Below are positions 14,110 through 24,553 of a DNA stretch of 32,211 nt, piece by piece. Every line of letters starts with the position of its first letter. Position 1 is the first letter of the stretch. The DNA is from a virus: IMG/VR virus record IMGVR_UViG_3300045988_170007; one strand, written 5' to 3'. The notes under the pieces were generated by a model. It had not been told where the DNA came from, ran no database searches, and worked only from the letters and a program-made list of their open reading frames with translations. Made by a program: the position numbers and the translations under genes.

Positions 14110-16893
14110 ATGGCTAAGGTCGGTATCCGCGTCTACCCCAACACATCACGGTTCCGTGGAGATTTGAAGCGGTCACTGGACCGAATCGAGAAATCGACCA
14201 CGGCAAAGGTCACCGTGGTGCCGGTACTGGACCGGAAGGCTCTGGGGCGCCTCCAGCACGCTCTGAATGGTCTGACCGCTACCGTGTCGGTGGACGTGAA
14301 CGTTCAGCAGGCTCTGCATCAGTTGGATAACCTTTCGGCTGAGAAGATTGCGAAGGTCTCTGCTGACGCTGATGTGGACCAGGCGCAGCGTGCACTGAAG
14401 AAGCTTGAGGAGGCGCGAAAATGCACGGTTAACGCTGATGCGGACACAGCTGCGGCTTCGGCTAAGCTGGGGGCGCTTACTCGTCCGCGCGTGGCGGTGA
14501 TTAGCCCGGTCATTAACTCGTCTGCGGCCGCCACGGCGGCATCGGCGTTGGCGGCGCTCTCTGGCGGTCGTGTCCTGAGTGACGCGGTTTCGAATGTGCG
14601 CGAGTTCGCGTCGAATCTGGACCGCCTGACTCCTCGCATTGCGGCGACTGGTGCGGCGCTGGCGTCGATGTCGTCTGTCGGTATTGTTGCGGCGCAGAAC
14701 ATTGCTGCGGTGGGTGCGTCGCTGGTGTCGATTGGCCCGGCGGCGTTGGCATTGCCGGGTATTTTTGCGGGCTTTGCGACTGGTTTGGCGGCGTCTGCTG
14801 ATGGTTTGCAGAACATTCTGCTGGCGATGGATGAAATCGGTGGGCGTGGCTCGTTCATGGACGCTCTTCGAGACGCACGATATGAATTTGGGCAGGGGTT
14901 CTGGGCAACCGCAAAGGCTGGGTTGGCTGATCTGGTCGCTAATGGCGTGAACCCGTTTTTTGACGCATACAAGAGCCTTGGCCCTGTTGTGGGCTCATTC
15001 TGGGGCGAGTTCTTCCGCGGAATGTCGCAGGGCATTACTGCTATCGGCGGCATGACCTCACTATTCGCGCCGTTGCGTGAATCTTTTGCTATTGCTGCCG
15101 CTGGTGCGGCCCCGCTGGCTGAAGCGCTTGTACGGATTGGTGCGATTGGCGGCGCATATTTGCCGTCGATGGCGGAAAGCTTCACCCGTGCCGCTAACGC
15201 ATTTGCTGAATGGTCGGCGTCTGCTGACGCGGCGACCTCAATTCAGAACGCTGTCACCGTTGCAGGTGACCTGATGCGGGTTCTCAGCGGTGTTGCCGGG
15301 GTTATCGGCGCTATCGGTACCGCGGCGTTGGCGGCGGGCGGCTCGCCGCTGAAGGCTGTTGCTGACGGGCTTCAGGGTGTTGCGGGCGCGTTGAAATCTG
15401 TTGGGGGGCAGAACGCCCTGGTCACGGTCTTTGAATCCGCGCAGAGGGCGATGTCTAACCTCAGTCCTGGCATTGGGGAGATTGGCAAGGGACTAACAGA
15501 GCTGGCCCCGTCATTAGGCTCCGCGATGGAAAACGGTGCGGCGGCTGTCGGGCGTCTGGGCGAGGCTATCGGCAAGATCATGCAGAACCCCGCGGTTGGC
15601 GCCGGCATCAAGATTATGTTCGTTGGTATCAAGGCTGCGATGGATGCTCTAGCGCCCGGCTTGGAAGCGATGGCTCCCGTGTTCGGTGCGCTGGGCGAGG
15701 CGGTCGGGGCGATTGCTCAGACCTTGGGCACTGTCTTTGGTGCCGCGTTGCAGGCGGTCGCACCGATGCTGCAGGTGATGCTGCAGATGGTGGTTCCGCT
15801 GGCGCAGAGTCTGGGGCAAATGCTGGTTCCGGTGATTCAGCAACTTGCGCCGGTGTTTACTCAGGTTGCTGTGGCGCTGATGCCGGTGGTGCAGGCTCTG
15901 ATTCCTGCGCTAATGGCGGTGTTCCAGGCACTGGCTCCTGTGATTGTGCAGGTCGTTCAGGCTCTGGTTCCGTTGGTGGTGCTGTTCGCTGAGCAGCTGG
16001 TGAAGACCTTAAATTTCGTGACCCCGCTGATTCAGGCGCTTGGCCCTGTGTTTGTGTACATTGGCAGTGAAATCGTTAGGGCAATTCAGATGATTACCGC
16101 CATCTTCCAGTGGTTCGCTGACCAGACCGACAAGTCACTGGCAGCCTTCGGCGTCGCCTGGCGTATTGGTACGCAGGCAGTCGGTGTGGCGGTGAATTGG
16201 ATTGTCACTTCGGTGGGCAAGCTGTTCGTAGCAATCAGCTCTACCATTGGCAACATTGCGCAGGCGGTTAGCGCTGGCTGGAACGCTGTCTCTGGCGCAT
16301 TTTCGCGACTCGGCGGCATTGTGGGCGATGCCATGGGAGCAGTCGGCAATGCAATCTCTACCGGTATTTCTCGCGCGGTCGGGTTCTTCGGGAACCTGGG
16401 GCGCGGAGTCATCAATTCTCTCTCTAACCTGGGTCGAAACATGTGGACGCTCGGACACAACCTCATGGTGGGCTTCATCAATGGCGTTGCTGGGCTGGGC
16501 AGGAGGCTGATTGATGCTGTGCTGGGTCCTGTGCGTGGCGCGATTGATGGTGCGAAGCGTCTGCTGGGGATTCATTCTCCGTCGAGGGTGTTCCGCCAGA
16601 TTGGTGTTTTTACTGGCGAGGGCTTTGTGCAGGGTCTTTCTGCGATGGAGTCTGCGGCGCAGTCGAGCATGCGTGATTTGGTGGCTCCTCCCGAGGTGCC
16701 GGCTATCGCGTCTGTGGCTGCGTCTACTGCCTCTATCGTCCCTGTCGTGGCGACTGGCGTGTCTGCCGCTGGTGGTGGTGTGAGCACGTCGGATGAGGCG
16801 CTGGTGCAGATTGCGGAGGCGCTATCTCAGCTGCAGGCTGTGGGTCCGCGCGACTTCTTGATGATGCAGCGTCGTGCTGAAAGGATGGTCTGA
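14110..16893 (+). CDS. tape measure protein
   Basis: 927 aa, Ala/Gly/Val-rich with repetitive helical segments. Position after the chaperones. Confidence 0.9.
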   Translation: MAKVGIRVYPNTSRFRGDLKRSLDRIEKSTTAKVTVVPVLDRKALGRLQHALNGLTATVSVDVNVQQALHQLDNLSAEKIAKVSADADVDQAQRALKKLEEARKCTVNADADTAAASAKLGALTRPRVAVISPVINSSAAATAASALAALSGGRVLSDAVSNVREFASNLDRLTPRIAATGAALASMSSVGIVAAQNIAAVGASLVSIGPAALALPGIFAGFATGLAASADGLQNILLAMDEIGGRGSFMDALRDARYEFGQGFWATAKAGLADLVANGVNPFFDAYKSLGPVVGSFWGEFFRGMSQGITAIGGMTSLFAPLRESFAIAAAGAAPLAEALVRIGAIGGAYLPSMAESFTRAANAFAEWSASADAATSIQNAVTVAGDLMRVLSGVAGVIGAIGTAALAAGGSPLKAVADGLQGVAGALKSVGGQNALVTVFESAQRAMSNLSPGIGEIGKGLTELAPSLGSAMENGAAAVGRLGEAIGKIMQNPAVGAGIKIMFVGIKAAMDALAPGLEAMAPVFGALGEAVGAIAQTLGTVFGAALQAVAPMLQVMLQMVVPLAQSLGQMLVPVIQQLAPVFTQVAVALMPVVQALIPALMAVFQALAPVIVQVVQALVPLVVLFAEQLVKTLNFVTPLIQALGPVFVYIGSEIVRAIQMITAIFQWFADQTDKSLAAFGVAWRIGTQAVGVAVNWIVTSVGKLFVAISSTIGNIAQAVSAGWNAVSGAFSRLGGIVGDAMGAVGNAISTGISRAVGFFGNLGRGVINSLSNLGRNMWTLGHNLMVGFINGVAGLGRRLIDAVLGPVRGAIDGAKRLLGIHSPSRVFRQIGVFTGEGFVQGLSAMESAAQSSMRDLVAPPEVPAIASVAASTASIVPVVATGVSAAGGGVSTSDEALVQIAEALSQLQAVGPRDFLMMQRRAERMV

Positions 16894-17663
16894 TGTCGGG
16901 TTGGATTGGCACGCTAGGCGCGCTGTCTGAGGTGCTGTGGAAGGTGTCTCTGAGTGAGAGCACGCCTGCCAGGTTTGCGGTTCAGCAGGCGGCGGTGAAA
17001 AAGTGGGCGTTTTTAGCGTCCCCAACTCCTCGCCGCAGCTGGAGCGTTGAGGTGAAGGGTACTCAGGAGGACACGCGCGCGCTGACTCAGTTGGCGCATG
17101 CTGCGCCAATGGAGCCTCTGGTGTGGGTGAGTGAGGCTGCGGCATTGACCAATGTCCTCACCCCGGCGCAGTCTCTCATGGTGGGAATTAGTAACCGTGG
17201 TGCGATGGTAACCTCTGACGGCTCGTTAGCCGTGTCGTCTCTGGGCGGGTCACCTCGCACGGTGGCGGCTGACCGTGTCCCGGTGATGCCGGGCAAACCG
17301 TTTACTGCCACGGTGGAAGCGGCTGGTAACGGCGCGATCTTGGGCGTTCAGATGTTCAACGTTGCTGGGGTTGCGGTAGGGGCAACGGCCACAGCCGTGG
17401 CACGTGGCGCTAACGTTCAGCGCCTTGTCGTGAGTATTCCCGCGCCGCCGGCTACGGCGGTGTATGCGACATTGACTCTAGCATCTGGTGGCCAGTTTTC
17501 TCGACTCTCGGCGACGTGGACGAAGGACGCGCCTCCGTGGGATGTCGGTATGGGTGCCGCATCGGTCGTGATTGGTGACGTCGAGACGACAATTGAAGAT
17601 GTGCATCACGCAAGTGGCGCTGTCTGGCGGTCTGTGAGCGCGAAGATTGAGGAGGTAGGCTAA
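16893..17663 (+). CDS. minor tail protein (distal tail protein position)
   Basis: ATGA overlap with the TMP stop. Call rests on synteny. Confidence 0.55.
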   Translation: MSGWIGTLGALSEVLWKVSLSESTPARFAVQQAAVKKWAFLASPTPRRSWSVEVKGTQEDTRALTQLAHAAPMEPLVWVSEAAALTNVLTPAQSLMVGISNRGAMVTSDGSLAVSSLGGSPRTVAADRVPVMPGKPFTATVEAAGNGAILGVQMFNVAGVAVGATATAVARGANVQRLVVSIPAPPATAVYATLTLASGGQFSRLSATWTKDAPPWDVGMGAASVVIGDVETTIEDVHHASGAVWRSVSAKIEEVG

Positions 17664-19855
17664 TGCTTCCTGGCGTGTATAGTCCTGGCGCGGTGATTGA
17701 CGCTCGCCTCCGAATCTTTGTGGACGGTGTCGAGCGAGAACACATCTCTGCAGAGTGGGAGGGCCACACTAGCGGTGGCCTGCCTGAGTCTCTGATTGCT
17801 GCGGGTGACGGTGTTTTTTCTCGCACTGGCAGGATCAAATGGGCTGCGGGCACTGCTACTACTGCAGCTCCCTTTGCGCCGGTGGGGGAGACCCGATGGG
17901 TTCCTCGTCATGGCGCCTCAGTGAAGATCGTTGCCGAGGTTAACGGCGTGACATTCCCTCGATTCACTGGCTTTTTGGGCGCGTCAACATACTCTCTGAC
18001 CACTGATGAGGTGGAGACGGCAATTAGTGATGGGTTGTCGGCTGCGTTGCAGACGCCTGTGACGATTGAGCCGGCTGTGCTGTATAAGTCTCAGACGACT
18101 GGGGGCTGGACGGCGTATCAGGCGCTCGAGCAGGCGGGGTATGGTGTGCTCCCGCCGCCTCATGAGACTACGCTGATTTATGCTCCTGGCGCGTTCGGTC
18201 TAGGTGCGGGCGTGGGGGAATTTGTGTCAGCTGGCTCTGTGAGTGAGGCGGCGCCTGGGTTCCTCACCTCAACCAATACCGTCTATGTCCCTATTAAGGG
18301 CGTTGACCGTCATGACGAGGATATCCTGGCGGTTGCTCGAGCTGTCCTAGGTCGTGACGCATCAATCTCTCTGAAACTGCGTGGAGAGTCTGAGGTGATG
18401 CTGGCCTGGTCGCGAGACGCGTCTATGCTGACGCTGTCGCAGGGCGGTCAGTCCATTGGGCAGGTTAAGGTGCCATCCCCGCAGAAGTACCAGCTGTTGG
18501 CTGTCGCGATTGCGTGGGACTCAATCACCGTATGGACAGATACTGTCAACAGCCAAAAGTTTAACCACCGCTTGCGTGGTGACGCAGAGCTGGAAACAGC
18601 CACATGCTCAAACACACTAGGCCTCCATGTGTCTCAGCATGAACCTATCATCGGCGACTACTCACGTAACCATGTGGCGAAGATGACGCGAGAAGTCCCT
18701 CCGAAGATTCTGGCATCGGCAATCGCTACTGAGTCTCTCACTGCAGCACGAGGCTTTGAGAACGTGGAAGCTGCAGAGGTCGTCACGGCGTGGTGCAACG
18801 CCACGCTGTCGACGGTGTGGGTAGATGAGGAAGGCACGCTGGTAATGGCGGCTCGTGACCGTCTCGCGTCTTCCTCATCTGTTGTTACTGATGTCGTCTC
18901 TGAGCGGGTCTTTGCCGGCTCATGGCAGACGGCTCGTGATGGTGTGCGCTCGCTAGTACGAGTGAATCATCTTGTGCCCTCGGCTGATGATGGCGCGTGG
19001 GCTGCAGGGCGCGGTGGCAAAAGCTTCACTGGTGCCGCCGCGGTCGCATACGATTCATCCTCCTCTACGCCTCTGACGCAGAACAGTGACAACGTCCAGT
19101 TCATCAACTGGGAGGAAAACGTCGACGTCATTAGGCTCGACACAAACTATCGCCCGATTGTGAAGGCGAAAGACAATATTTTCGATTGGGATGAGTTCAA
19201 CAAGCTCACTGGGTCGTGGTGGGCGATTTCATTTGAGAACAATGAGCCGCCTCCTGGCTGGCGCTGGACCGGCGGAGCGCCTCAGCACGAAACCATTAGT
19301 GGCAAGCTAGAGAAGCTGGGGCAGCGGGGTGTGAAGATCACTCACCGTGTGGATACCGTCAAGGGTGGGAATGGTAACACCTATTCTCTGATGGCTCCGT
19401 CACTCGGTGTGGGTACGCTGGGCCAGTGGGCGTGGGGTCGCCCGATGCCGATGCTCCGTGCGGATTGGGTCGTGACGTGGGAGAAGAAGCACCTCACGGC
19501 GTATTCCCGTAAGGGCGACGCTGGAGTGTTTGTGCTCGATGCCGGATGGTATGTCACGGAGAAGGACGCGCGGAAGGTCGCTGAGGCGCTGGCCCAGGAA
19601 ATTGGTACAGAGCGCATTACTTTCGATGCGATTTCGATGCTGTGGGATCCCCGTAAGCAGGTTGGTGACACTATCACGCTGAACGCTGGGCGGTGGGTTG
19701 CCGAGTGCATCATCACTGGTTCTCGTGAGTCGTGGGATGGTCGTGTCCCGAGCACCTCATATGATTTGGAGGCGAAGAAGGTTATGGCTCTCGCCCGTGG
19801 TGAGGAAGTACCTCTGCCGCCTGCTGAGCGTCCTGCTGAAGAACCCGTTAATTAA
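17663..19855 (+). CDS. minor tail protein (Tal-like baseplate hub position)
   Basis: 730 aa following the Dit-position gene. TAATG overlap. Confidence 0.55.
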   Translation: MLPGVYSPGAVIDARLRIFVDGVEREHISAEWEGHTSGGLPESLIAAGDGVFSRTGRIKWAAGTATTAAPFAPVGETRWVPRHGASVKIVAEVNGVTFPRFTGFLGASTYSLTTDEVETAISDGLSAALQTPVTIEPAVLYKSQTTGGWTAYQALEQAGYGVLPPPHETTLIYAPGAFGLGAGVGEFVSAGSVSEAAPGFLTSTNTVYVPIKGVDRHDEDILAVARAVLGRDASISLKLRGESEVMLAWSRDASMLTLSQGGQSIGQVKVPSPQKYQLLAVAIAWDSITVWTDTVNSQKFNHRLRGDAELETATCSNTLGLHVSQHEPIIGDYSRNHVAKMTREVPPKILASAIATESLTAARGFENVEAAEVVTAWCNATLSTVWVDEEGTLVMAARDRLASSSSVVTDVVSERVFAGSWQTARDGVRSLVRVNHLVPSADDGAWAAGRGGKSFTGAAAVAYDSSSSTPLTQNSDNVQFINWEENVDVIRLDTNYRPIVKAKDNIFDWDEFNKLTGSWWAISFENNEPPPGWRWTGGAPQHETISGKLEKLGQRGVKITHRVDTVKGGNGNTYSLMAPSLGVGTLGQWAWGRPMPMLRADWVVTWEKKHLTAYSRKGDAGVFVLDAGWYVTEKDARKVAEALAQEIGTERITFDAISMLWDPRKQVGDTITLNAGRWVAECIITGSRESWDGRVPSTSYDLEAKKVMALARGEEVPLPPAERPAEEPVN

Positions 19856-19864
19856 GGAGTAAAA

Positions 19865-20350
19865 ATGCCCGATATCCCTGTGGCAGAATCGTCTGCACGG
19901 TACGCCGTCGTGCACGCAAATTTTGCGACGCATCAGGCGCTGGCTGGCTTGCCTGCGCTAGTGACCTCTGGTGTTGTGCTGTTCACCCCGTCCTGTGTAG
20001 CTCATGATGAGACCACCATTTTCACCCCCTGCGCCGTCAGGGGTTTTTTGGTTAATGGTGAGCTCCGCTCCCACCCGCGCGGTGGTGAGAAGGGGATCCA
20101 GTTGCTGGCTCCTGCCCGCTACACGGTGAAGGTCTCGGCTATTGGCGAGAGCGGACGTCAGGTGATTCTTGACCTGCTCACGCTGGATGTTCAGCCGGGG
20201 CAGGTCGTGAATCTGGCGGAGATGACCGGTGCACCTGGTGTGAAGGTCCCGGCGGCACCAGGTCCCGCGGCTCCTAGTGTGGAGAAGGAATGGGTAGCAG
20301 AAGACCTGGGCAATGGTCTTGCACGAATTGTGGAGAAGGAGAAGAACTAG
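19865..20350 (+). CDS. minor tail/fibre-associated protein
   Basis: AAGGAG RBS. Call rests on synteny in the tail-tip module. Confidence 0.4.
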   Translation: MPDIPVAESSARYAVVHANFATHQALAGLPALVTSGVVLFTPSCVAHDETTIFTPCAVRGFLVNGELRSHPRGGEKGIQLLAPARYTVKVSAIGESGRQVILDLLTLDVQPGQVVNLAEMTGAPGVKVPAAPGPAAPSVEKEWVAEDLGNGLARIVEKEKN

Positions 20351-20351
20351 C

Positions 20352-21803
20352 ATGGCAGAAGACAAGGTTGTATTCGACCGTCTGGTAATCGCGGACGAGC
20401 AGGGGCACCTACAGGGCAAGCCCGCCGAAGGTGTCCAGCAGCAGATTGACCAGGCGCTCGCCCCGCTGGAGAAGATCCCTGCGGGGGGCGCGAATGGTGA
20501 GGTGCTGGCGCGTGCGAATGGTGACGGGACTCAGCTGGCGTGGCGTACTGTCCGTGACGGTGTGGACGGACAGCCGGGCCGAGATGGTACTGACGGTGCC
20601 CCTGGTCGTGACGGTGTGAGCATTAAGCGCGTCGAGCCTTCCGCATCAGGTACGGGCGCTACCGTCGTGATGAGCGACGGCACTACTACTGACGTGCCGA
20701 TGGAAATCAAGGCGCAGTGGACCCCCGAGCTGCAGGCTCGAGCACAGGGCTGGTGGCTCTCGTTCAACCCGAAGGATGCTGAAGCCACAAAGAAGGAGAT
20801 GTTTGGAGTCCCGCTTATCCACGCGGATGTGTCTAATCTGAACACCCCGATCCCGATTGTCCCTAAGTTCCCCGACGTGGTGCCTGAGCGGCGCCTGATT
20901 ACGATTCCGACCCCGAAGCAGCCGGGCGTGGTCTGGAAGATTGACGGGGTGGAGGCTGCGCCTGGTGACCATGTGATTCCCGGCGAGGATCGTCGAGAAA
21001 TCATGCTCGAAGCGACCCCTGAGACCGGCTACGTGTTCAGCAGCAGCAAGCTCGAGTTCCCTGTCGTTTTCGGCTCTCTGCAGGGTCGTGAGCTCGTCAT
21101 CAGTGAGGACCCGTCTAAGCGCACGGCTGGCACTGCACTGGTGCCGGCGGTGCCTGAGAACGAACGTGCCACCTGGCCTGCGTACAAGAAGAACCTCGGT
21201 TTGAAGCCGAACAACGGATTCGGTGGCGACCCCGCTGTGGAGAGCGTGTACGCACAGCCTGGAACTGGCCTCGTAGAGGTCAACGGCGAGACGGTGCCTC
21301 GCGGCTGGGTCGTCACCGATGCCCTGACCCTGAAGCAGAGCGGAAAGGGCAACGCCGAGTCTGAGCTGTTCATCACAGTTGGTTCTCCTAACGCGACTGT
21401 GGAGGTCGACGTGGCGAAGGTTGAGAAGCCGGGTGCCACGCTCAGCCTAGAGTGGTTCCAAGACCATGCTTTTGCCCCGTGGGCACGTAGCTATCCGGTC
21501 GGTCTGGCAGAGCCTGGCCGAAGCGCTACGATGAAGTCTAGGTCCGATGGGGTAGACACCGGGCTCCTCATCAACGCCGGCAACAGCATTGGAACCTGGA
21601 AGTTCGAATTCCTCAACCTCAGTTGCACCATCACCGCCCCTTCGGGCGCTCGGGCAACCCATAAGTGGGCAAATAATGAGGATAAGCATTGGGGTCGCGT
21701 GCTTGGCATCCGTACCTCCAACAATAACGTCGAGCTCGGAGGCTACCGTATCTTCATGGCACCCGGCGCGCAGGTTGAGGACCGAGGAGCGCGAGCACTC
21801 TAA
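20352..21803 (+). CDS. tail fibre / receptor-binding protein with a short collagen-like segment
   Basis: ATG after AAGGAGAAG. Gly-X-Y run GVDGQPGRDGTDGAPGRDG (about 20559-20615). Confidence 0.6.
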   Translation: MAEDKVVFDRLVIADEQGHLQGKPAEGVQQQIDQALAPLEKIPAGGANGEVLARANGDGTQLAWRTVRDGVDGQPGRDGTDGAPGRDGVSIKRVEPSASGTGATVVMSDGTTTDVPMEIKAQWTPELQARAQGWWLSFNPKDAEATKKEMFGVPLIHADVSNLNTPIPIVPKFPDVVPERRLITIPTPKQPGVVWKIDGVEAAPGDHVIPGEDRREIMLEATPETGYVFSSSKLEFPVVFGSLQGRELVISEDPSKRTAGTALVPAVPENERATWPAYKKNLGLKPNNGFGGDPAVESVYAQPGTGLVEVNGETVPRGWVVTDALTLKQSGKGNAESELFITVGSPNATVEVDVAKVEKPGATLSLEWFQDHAFAPWARSYPVGLAEPGRSATMKSRSDGVDTGLLINAGNSIGTWKFEFLNLSCTITAPSGARATHKWANNEDKHWGRVLGIRTSNNNVELGGYRIFMAPGAQVEDRGARAL

Positions 21804-23068
21804 TGTCTGCGTTCGTTTTCGGCAAGACCCCTGACGCACGCCGCCACGCGCTCGCGTTCAAGGCGTTCAACGCTGAGAGGGGCGAATGGGAGCCCATCGG
21901 AAGTCGACAGCACCCAGAGGTGGTATTCCCTGGACTGATGGACGTTGCCAACTACGCCGGTACCGGCACCATCTGGCAGAGGGACATCTCTCAGATGCCG
22001 CTCGCCGAGAATTCCTCCGAAATGGCTGCATGGATGGACCGGAATAACTCCGATCCGTGGGGTCGAGACGGCACTGGCAAGTTCCGCGGGGACCCCCGTG
22101 TGAAGACAGGTACGAATACGTCGATTGATGGCACCTCTCCAATCCCGGCGTATCTTGTGGATTCGTCCCATCCTGACTGCCATTTTCAGCGGATGGAGGC
22201 GACGCGCGGCGTGGGAATTACTCCGTGGGCTGCGCAGAACATTTTGAGCGGTATGATTCCGATGCCAGAGTTTGCGGAGCCGGCACGAATCGGTGACCGA
22301 GGTCTGGCAATCTGGGATGTTCATACTGGCACAATTCGTGAGTACTTCATGGTGAACCGTAAAGCCGATGGCGCCGGCTGGACCGCTACATCAGGTGGCT
22401 TTTCCGTCATGTCCCCCGGTTTTAAGAAGCTCGCACAGGAGAACTGGGCAACCCAGCTTCAACTAGGGTCATCAGCTGTCGCCCGCATGCACAACACTCT
22501 GGGTTTCGTTGGCATCGACGAGGTCCGCTGCGGACAAATCAATCACGCGCTGGCGTTTACCTTTGGCGCCGTAGCGGCGGGTAATCCGCCGTCGTGGCCG
22601 GCGCAGATGACGGATGGCAAGGCGCCTGCAAGTGAAGCACCGTCCTCGCCTGTGCATGGTCAATGGGGGCGCATTGCTGCGGACGTGAACCCTTGGTTCA
22701 ATCCGAAGACCGGCTTACCCTATAACCCGTTGACACGTCTGTTGATTGTTGCGGCGAAGAAATACGGCATCGTCGGCACCGACACGAACGCCTTTTGCCA
22801 TGCTTTCAACTTCGAAGACGGGCAAACGGAGAAGGCCTTCACGGGTGTTGACCCGTGGGATATCAAGAAGACTCGAATCCTCGCTGACCGTGTCTGCACG
22901 ACCGCGGTGGATGGTAGCACGCTGAACGCTTTCAGCGTGAAGGATTTCCCATGGGATCGGACCGAGTGGGCGCCTCGTGACTGGGGCCGCCCTGACGTTG
23001 ATTTCACCCCGCGTGAGGGCGGGGCTGCATGGCGTCGTGACCGTGACGCGCAGGAGGTAGCATCTTAG
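21803..23068 (+). CDS. hypothetical 421-aa tail-module protein
   Basis: TAATG overlap with the fibre gene. No motif recognised by eye. Confidence 0.4.
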   Translation: MSAFVFGKTPDARRHALAFKAFNAERGEWEPIGSRQHPEVVFPGLMDVANYAGTGTIWQRDISQMPLAENSSEMAAWMDRNNSDPWGRDGTGKFRGDPRVKTGTNTSIDGTSPIPAYLVDSSHPDCHFQRMEATRGVGITPWAAQNILSGMIPMPEFAEPARIGDRGLAIWDVHTGTIREYFMVNRKADGAGWTATSGGFSVMSPGFKKLAQENWATQLQLGSSAVARMHNTLGFVGIDEVRCGQINHALAFTFGAVAAGNPPSWPAQMTDGKAPASEAPSSPVHGQWGRIAADVNPWFNPKTGLPYNPLTRLLIVAAKKYGIVGTDTNAFCHAFNFEDGQTEKAFTGVDPWDIKKTRILADRVCTTAVDGSTLNAFSVKDFPWDRTEWAPRDWGRPDVDFTPREGGAAWRRDRDAQEVAS

Positions 23069-23511
23069 TGGCCCTTGGAGATTTCCCCCAAGAGATGTGG
23101 ACCCTTGGGGGCGTCCTGATGGGCACCCTGATTCCTGCGGGGATGACGTTTCTCACCGGGCGCGCGGCGGCGAAGCATGAGTCGAACAGGATGCTGATTG
23201 ATTCTTTGGAGCGCCGTATCGCAGACCTGGAGTCCAGCCTCCGTAAGGAGGCTGTGGCCCGCACCTCACTAGAGGCTGAGGTTCGGGCACGTGAGAGCGA
23301 GGCTCGCGAGAGGGAGGAGCGGGCGCACGCGGCGACCGACCGAGCCCGCCTGGCGATGAGCGTCGCAGTTGCTCATATTGCGCGTTTGTCAGCGCATATT
23401 GAGTTGGGTTCTCCGCCTCCGCCTCCGCCTTTGCCGTCTGAGGTTGCGGAATGGGTCTCTACTGAGCTTTGGACGTCGAAGCTCGGTAAGGACGGCAAAG
23501 AAGATAAGTAA
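23068..23511 (+). CDS. membrane-anchored coiled-coil protein
   Basis: GTG overlapping the TAG stop. N-terminal TM segment WTLGGVLMGTLIPAGMTFLTG, a charged coiled coil and a PPPPPP tract. Confidence 0.5.
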   Translation: MALGDFPQEMWTLGGVLMGTLIPAGMTFLTGRAAAKHESNRMLIDSLERRIADLESSLRKEAVARTSLEAEVRARESEAREREERAHAATDRARLAMSVAVAHIARLSAHIELGSPPPPPPLPSEVAEWVSTELWTSKLGKDGKEDK

Positions 23512-23517
23512 TAAGGA

Positions 23518-23561
23518 AAGGCGCGGGCATCTCTATCGTCTAGAGACGCCCGCACCTTTTT
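23518..23561 (+). terminator. intrinsic terminator after the tail module
   Basis: About 17-bp interrupted stem GGCGCGGGCATCTCT/AGAGACGCCCGCACC followed by TTTTTT. Confidence 0.7.
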
Positions 23562-23584
23562 TGCCTATAAGAAAGAAGTAGAGA

Positions 23585-24193
23585 ATGAAGTACGTCGATA
23601 TTGCAGATTACAATGCCGTGTCGTTTACCAAGGACGACCGCGTGACGCTTGAGGACGGCGAAGAGATCCTCAGCCCGTCGGTTGACACTATCGTGATTCA
23701 TCACTGGGGCAACGATGGCCAGAAGTTTGAGCAGGTGTGCAGTTTCCTCCAGAGCAGCCAGTCTTCGTCGGCCCATTTCGTGGTTGAGGCAGGCCGCTGT
23801 GCGCAGCTGGTAGACATTAAGAACATTGCATGGCACTCGGGCAACTGGGACGCAAATGTTCGATCCATTGGCATTGAATGTCGCCCGGAGATGAGTCCGG
23901 AGGACTTCGAGACCGTCGCCCAGGTAATCGCTGACTTGGAGACCTACTACGGCCGCAGCTTCTACATCAACGGTCACCTCGATTATTTCAACACTGAATG
24001 TCCTGGTCGCTGGTACAACCGACTGGAAGACCTCATCAACCGCGTGAACGACATCAAGGCTGGCAAGGTCGAGCGCGGCGTTGAGAATGTCCCCGCCCCG
24101 CTGGATAAGGACAAGGTATCGGAGCTGCGAGAATCCTGGGAGAAGCTGAAGGGCGCGGTGGCCGAGGTTGAGGAGAAGATTGATAATGCGTAA
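23585..24193 (+). CDS. N-acetylmuramoyl-L-alanine amidase endolysin (Amidase_2/PGRP type)
   Basis: VIHHWG, SAHFVV, AWHSGN and GHLDY..TECPG zinc-amidase motifs. Confidence 0.85.
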   Translation: MKYVDIADYNAVSFTKDDRVTLEDGEEILSPSVDTIVIHHWGNDGQKFEQVCSFLQSSQSSSAHFVVEAGRCAQLVDIKNIAWHSGNWDANVRSIGIECRPEMSPEDFETVAQVIADLETYYGRSFYINGHLDYFNTECPGRWYNRLEDLINRVNDIKAGKVERGVENVPAPLDKDKVSELRESWEKLKGAVAEVEEKIDNA

Positions 24194-24434
24194 TCTGTCT
24201 CGCCGCCAGTATGCGGCCCTCCGCAAGGTGTCGTATGTGCTCGGCCCGTCAATTTCTGCGGTGTTGGTTGCTTTCGGCATCTGGACGAGTGACCAGGCGG
24301 CGGTGGTGACCGGTGCTGTAACTGCGATTTTGCCGAACATCCTCGCCTTCTTCAACACCGACCCTGGGATGTACGAAGACCCCTCTGGTGATGCATCTGC
24401 GGAGCCTGTCGACTCTGTTGAAAGTGGCGAGTAA
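24186..24434 (+). CDS. holin-like two-TM protein
   Basis: ATG after GAGGAG, overlapping the endolysin stop. Two hydrophobic segments and an acidic C-terminus. Confidence 0.6.
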   Translation: MRNLSRRQYAALRKVSYVLGPSISAVLVAFGIWTSDQAAVVTGAVTAILPNILAFFNTDPGMYEDPSGDASAEPVDSVESGE

Positions 24435-24442
24435 ATAGCGAC
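24421..24442. repeat. 22-nt direct repeat copy 1, AAAGTGGCGAGTAAATAGCGAC
   Basis: Matches 24653-24674 at 21 of 22 positions. Spans the holin stop codon. Confidence 0.8.
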
Positions 24443-24525
24443 TAGATAGGGATACACCCCTTGTGTTCCGCGGAATATCAAGGAAGTTAGCCCGTCTGGT
24501 AAACAAGGCTTTCTAATGTGAGAGC

Positions 24526-24544
24526 GCACACGTAACAGGTGTGC
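24526..24544. other. candidate recombination core GCACAC-GTAACAG-GTGTGC
   Basis: Perfect 6-bp inverted repeat around a 7-nt spacer, roughly midway between the 22-nt repeats. Confidence 0.3.
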
Positions 24545-24553
24545 AAACTATAT

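Noticed and set aside
14319-15185. 288-aa minus-strand ORF inside the tape measure gene, plus other antisense ORFs within structural genes.
   Set aside because: Ala/Pro/Ser-rich antisense translation of a GC-rich gene, a typical shadow ORF.
20559-20615. Collagen-like Gly-X-Y run as a hypervariable or DGR target.
   Set aside because: The window has no reverse transcriptase and no template-repeat copy. Short collagen-like segments are common in phage fibres.
23540-24529. 329-aa minus-strand ORF.
   Set aside because: It is fully antisense to the clearly recognisable amidase endolysin and holin genes, and it has no RBS.
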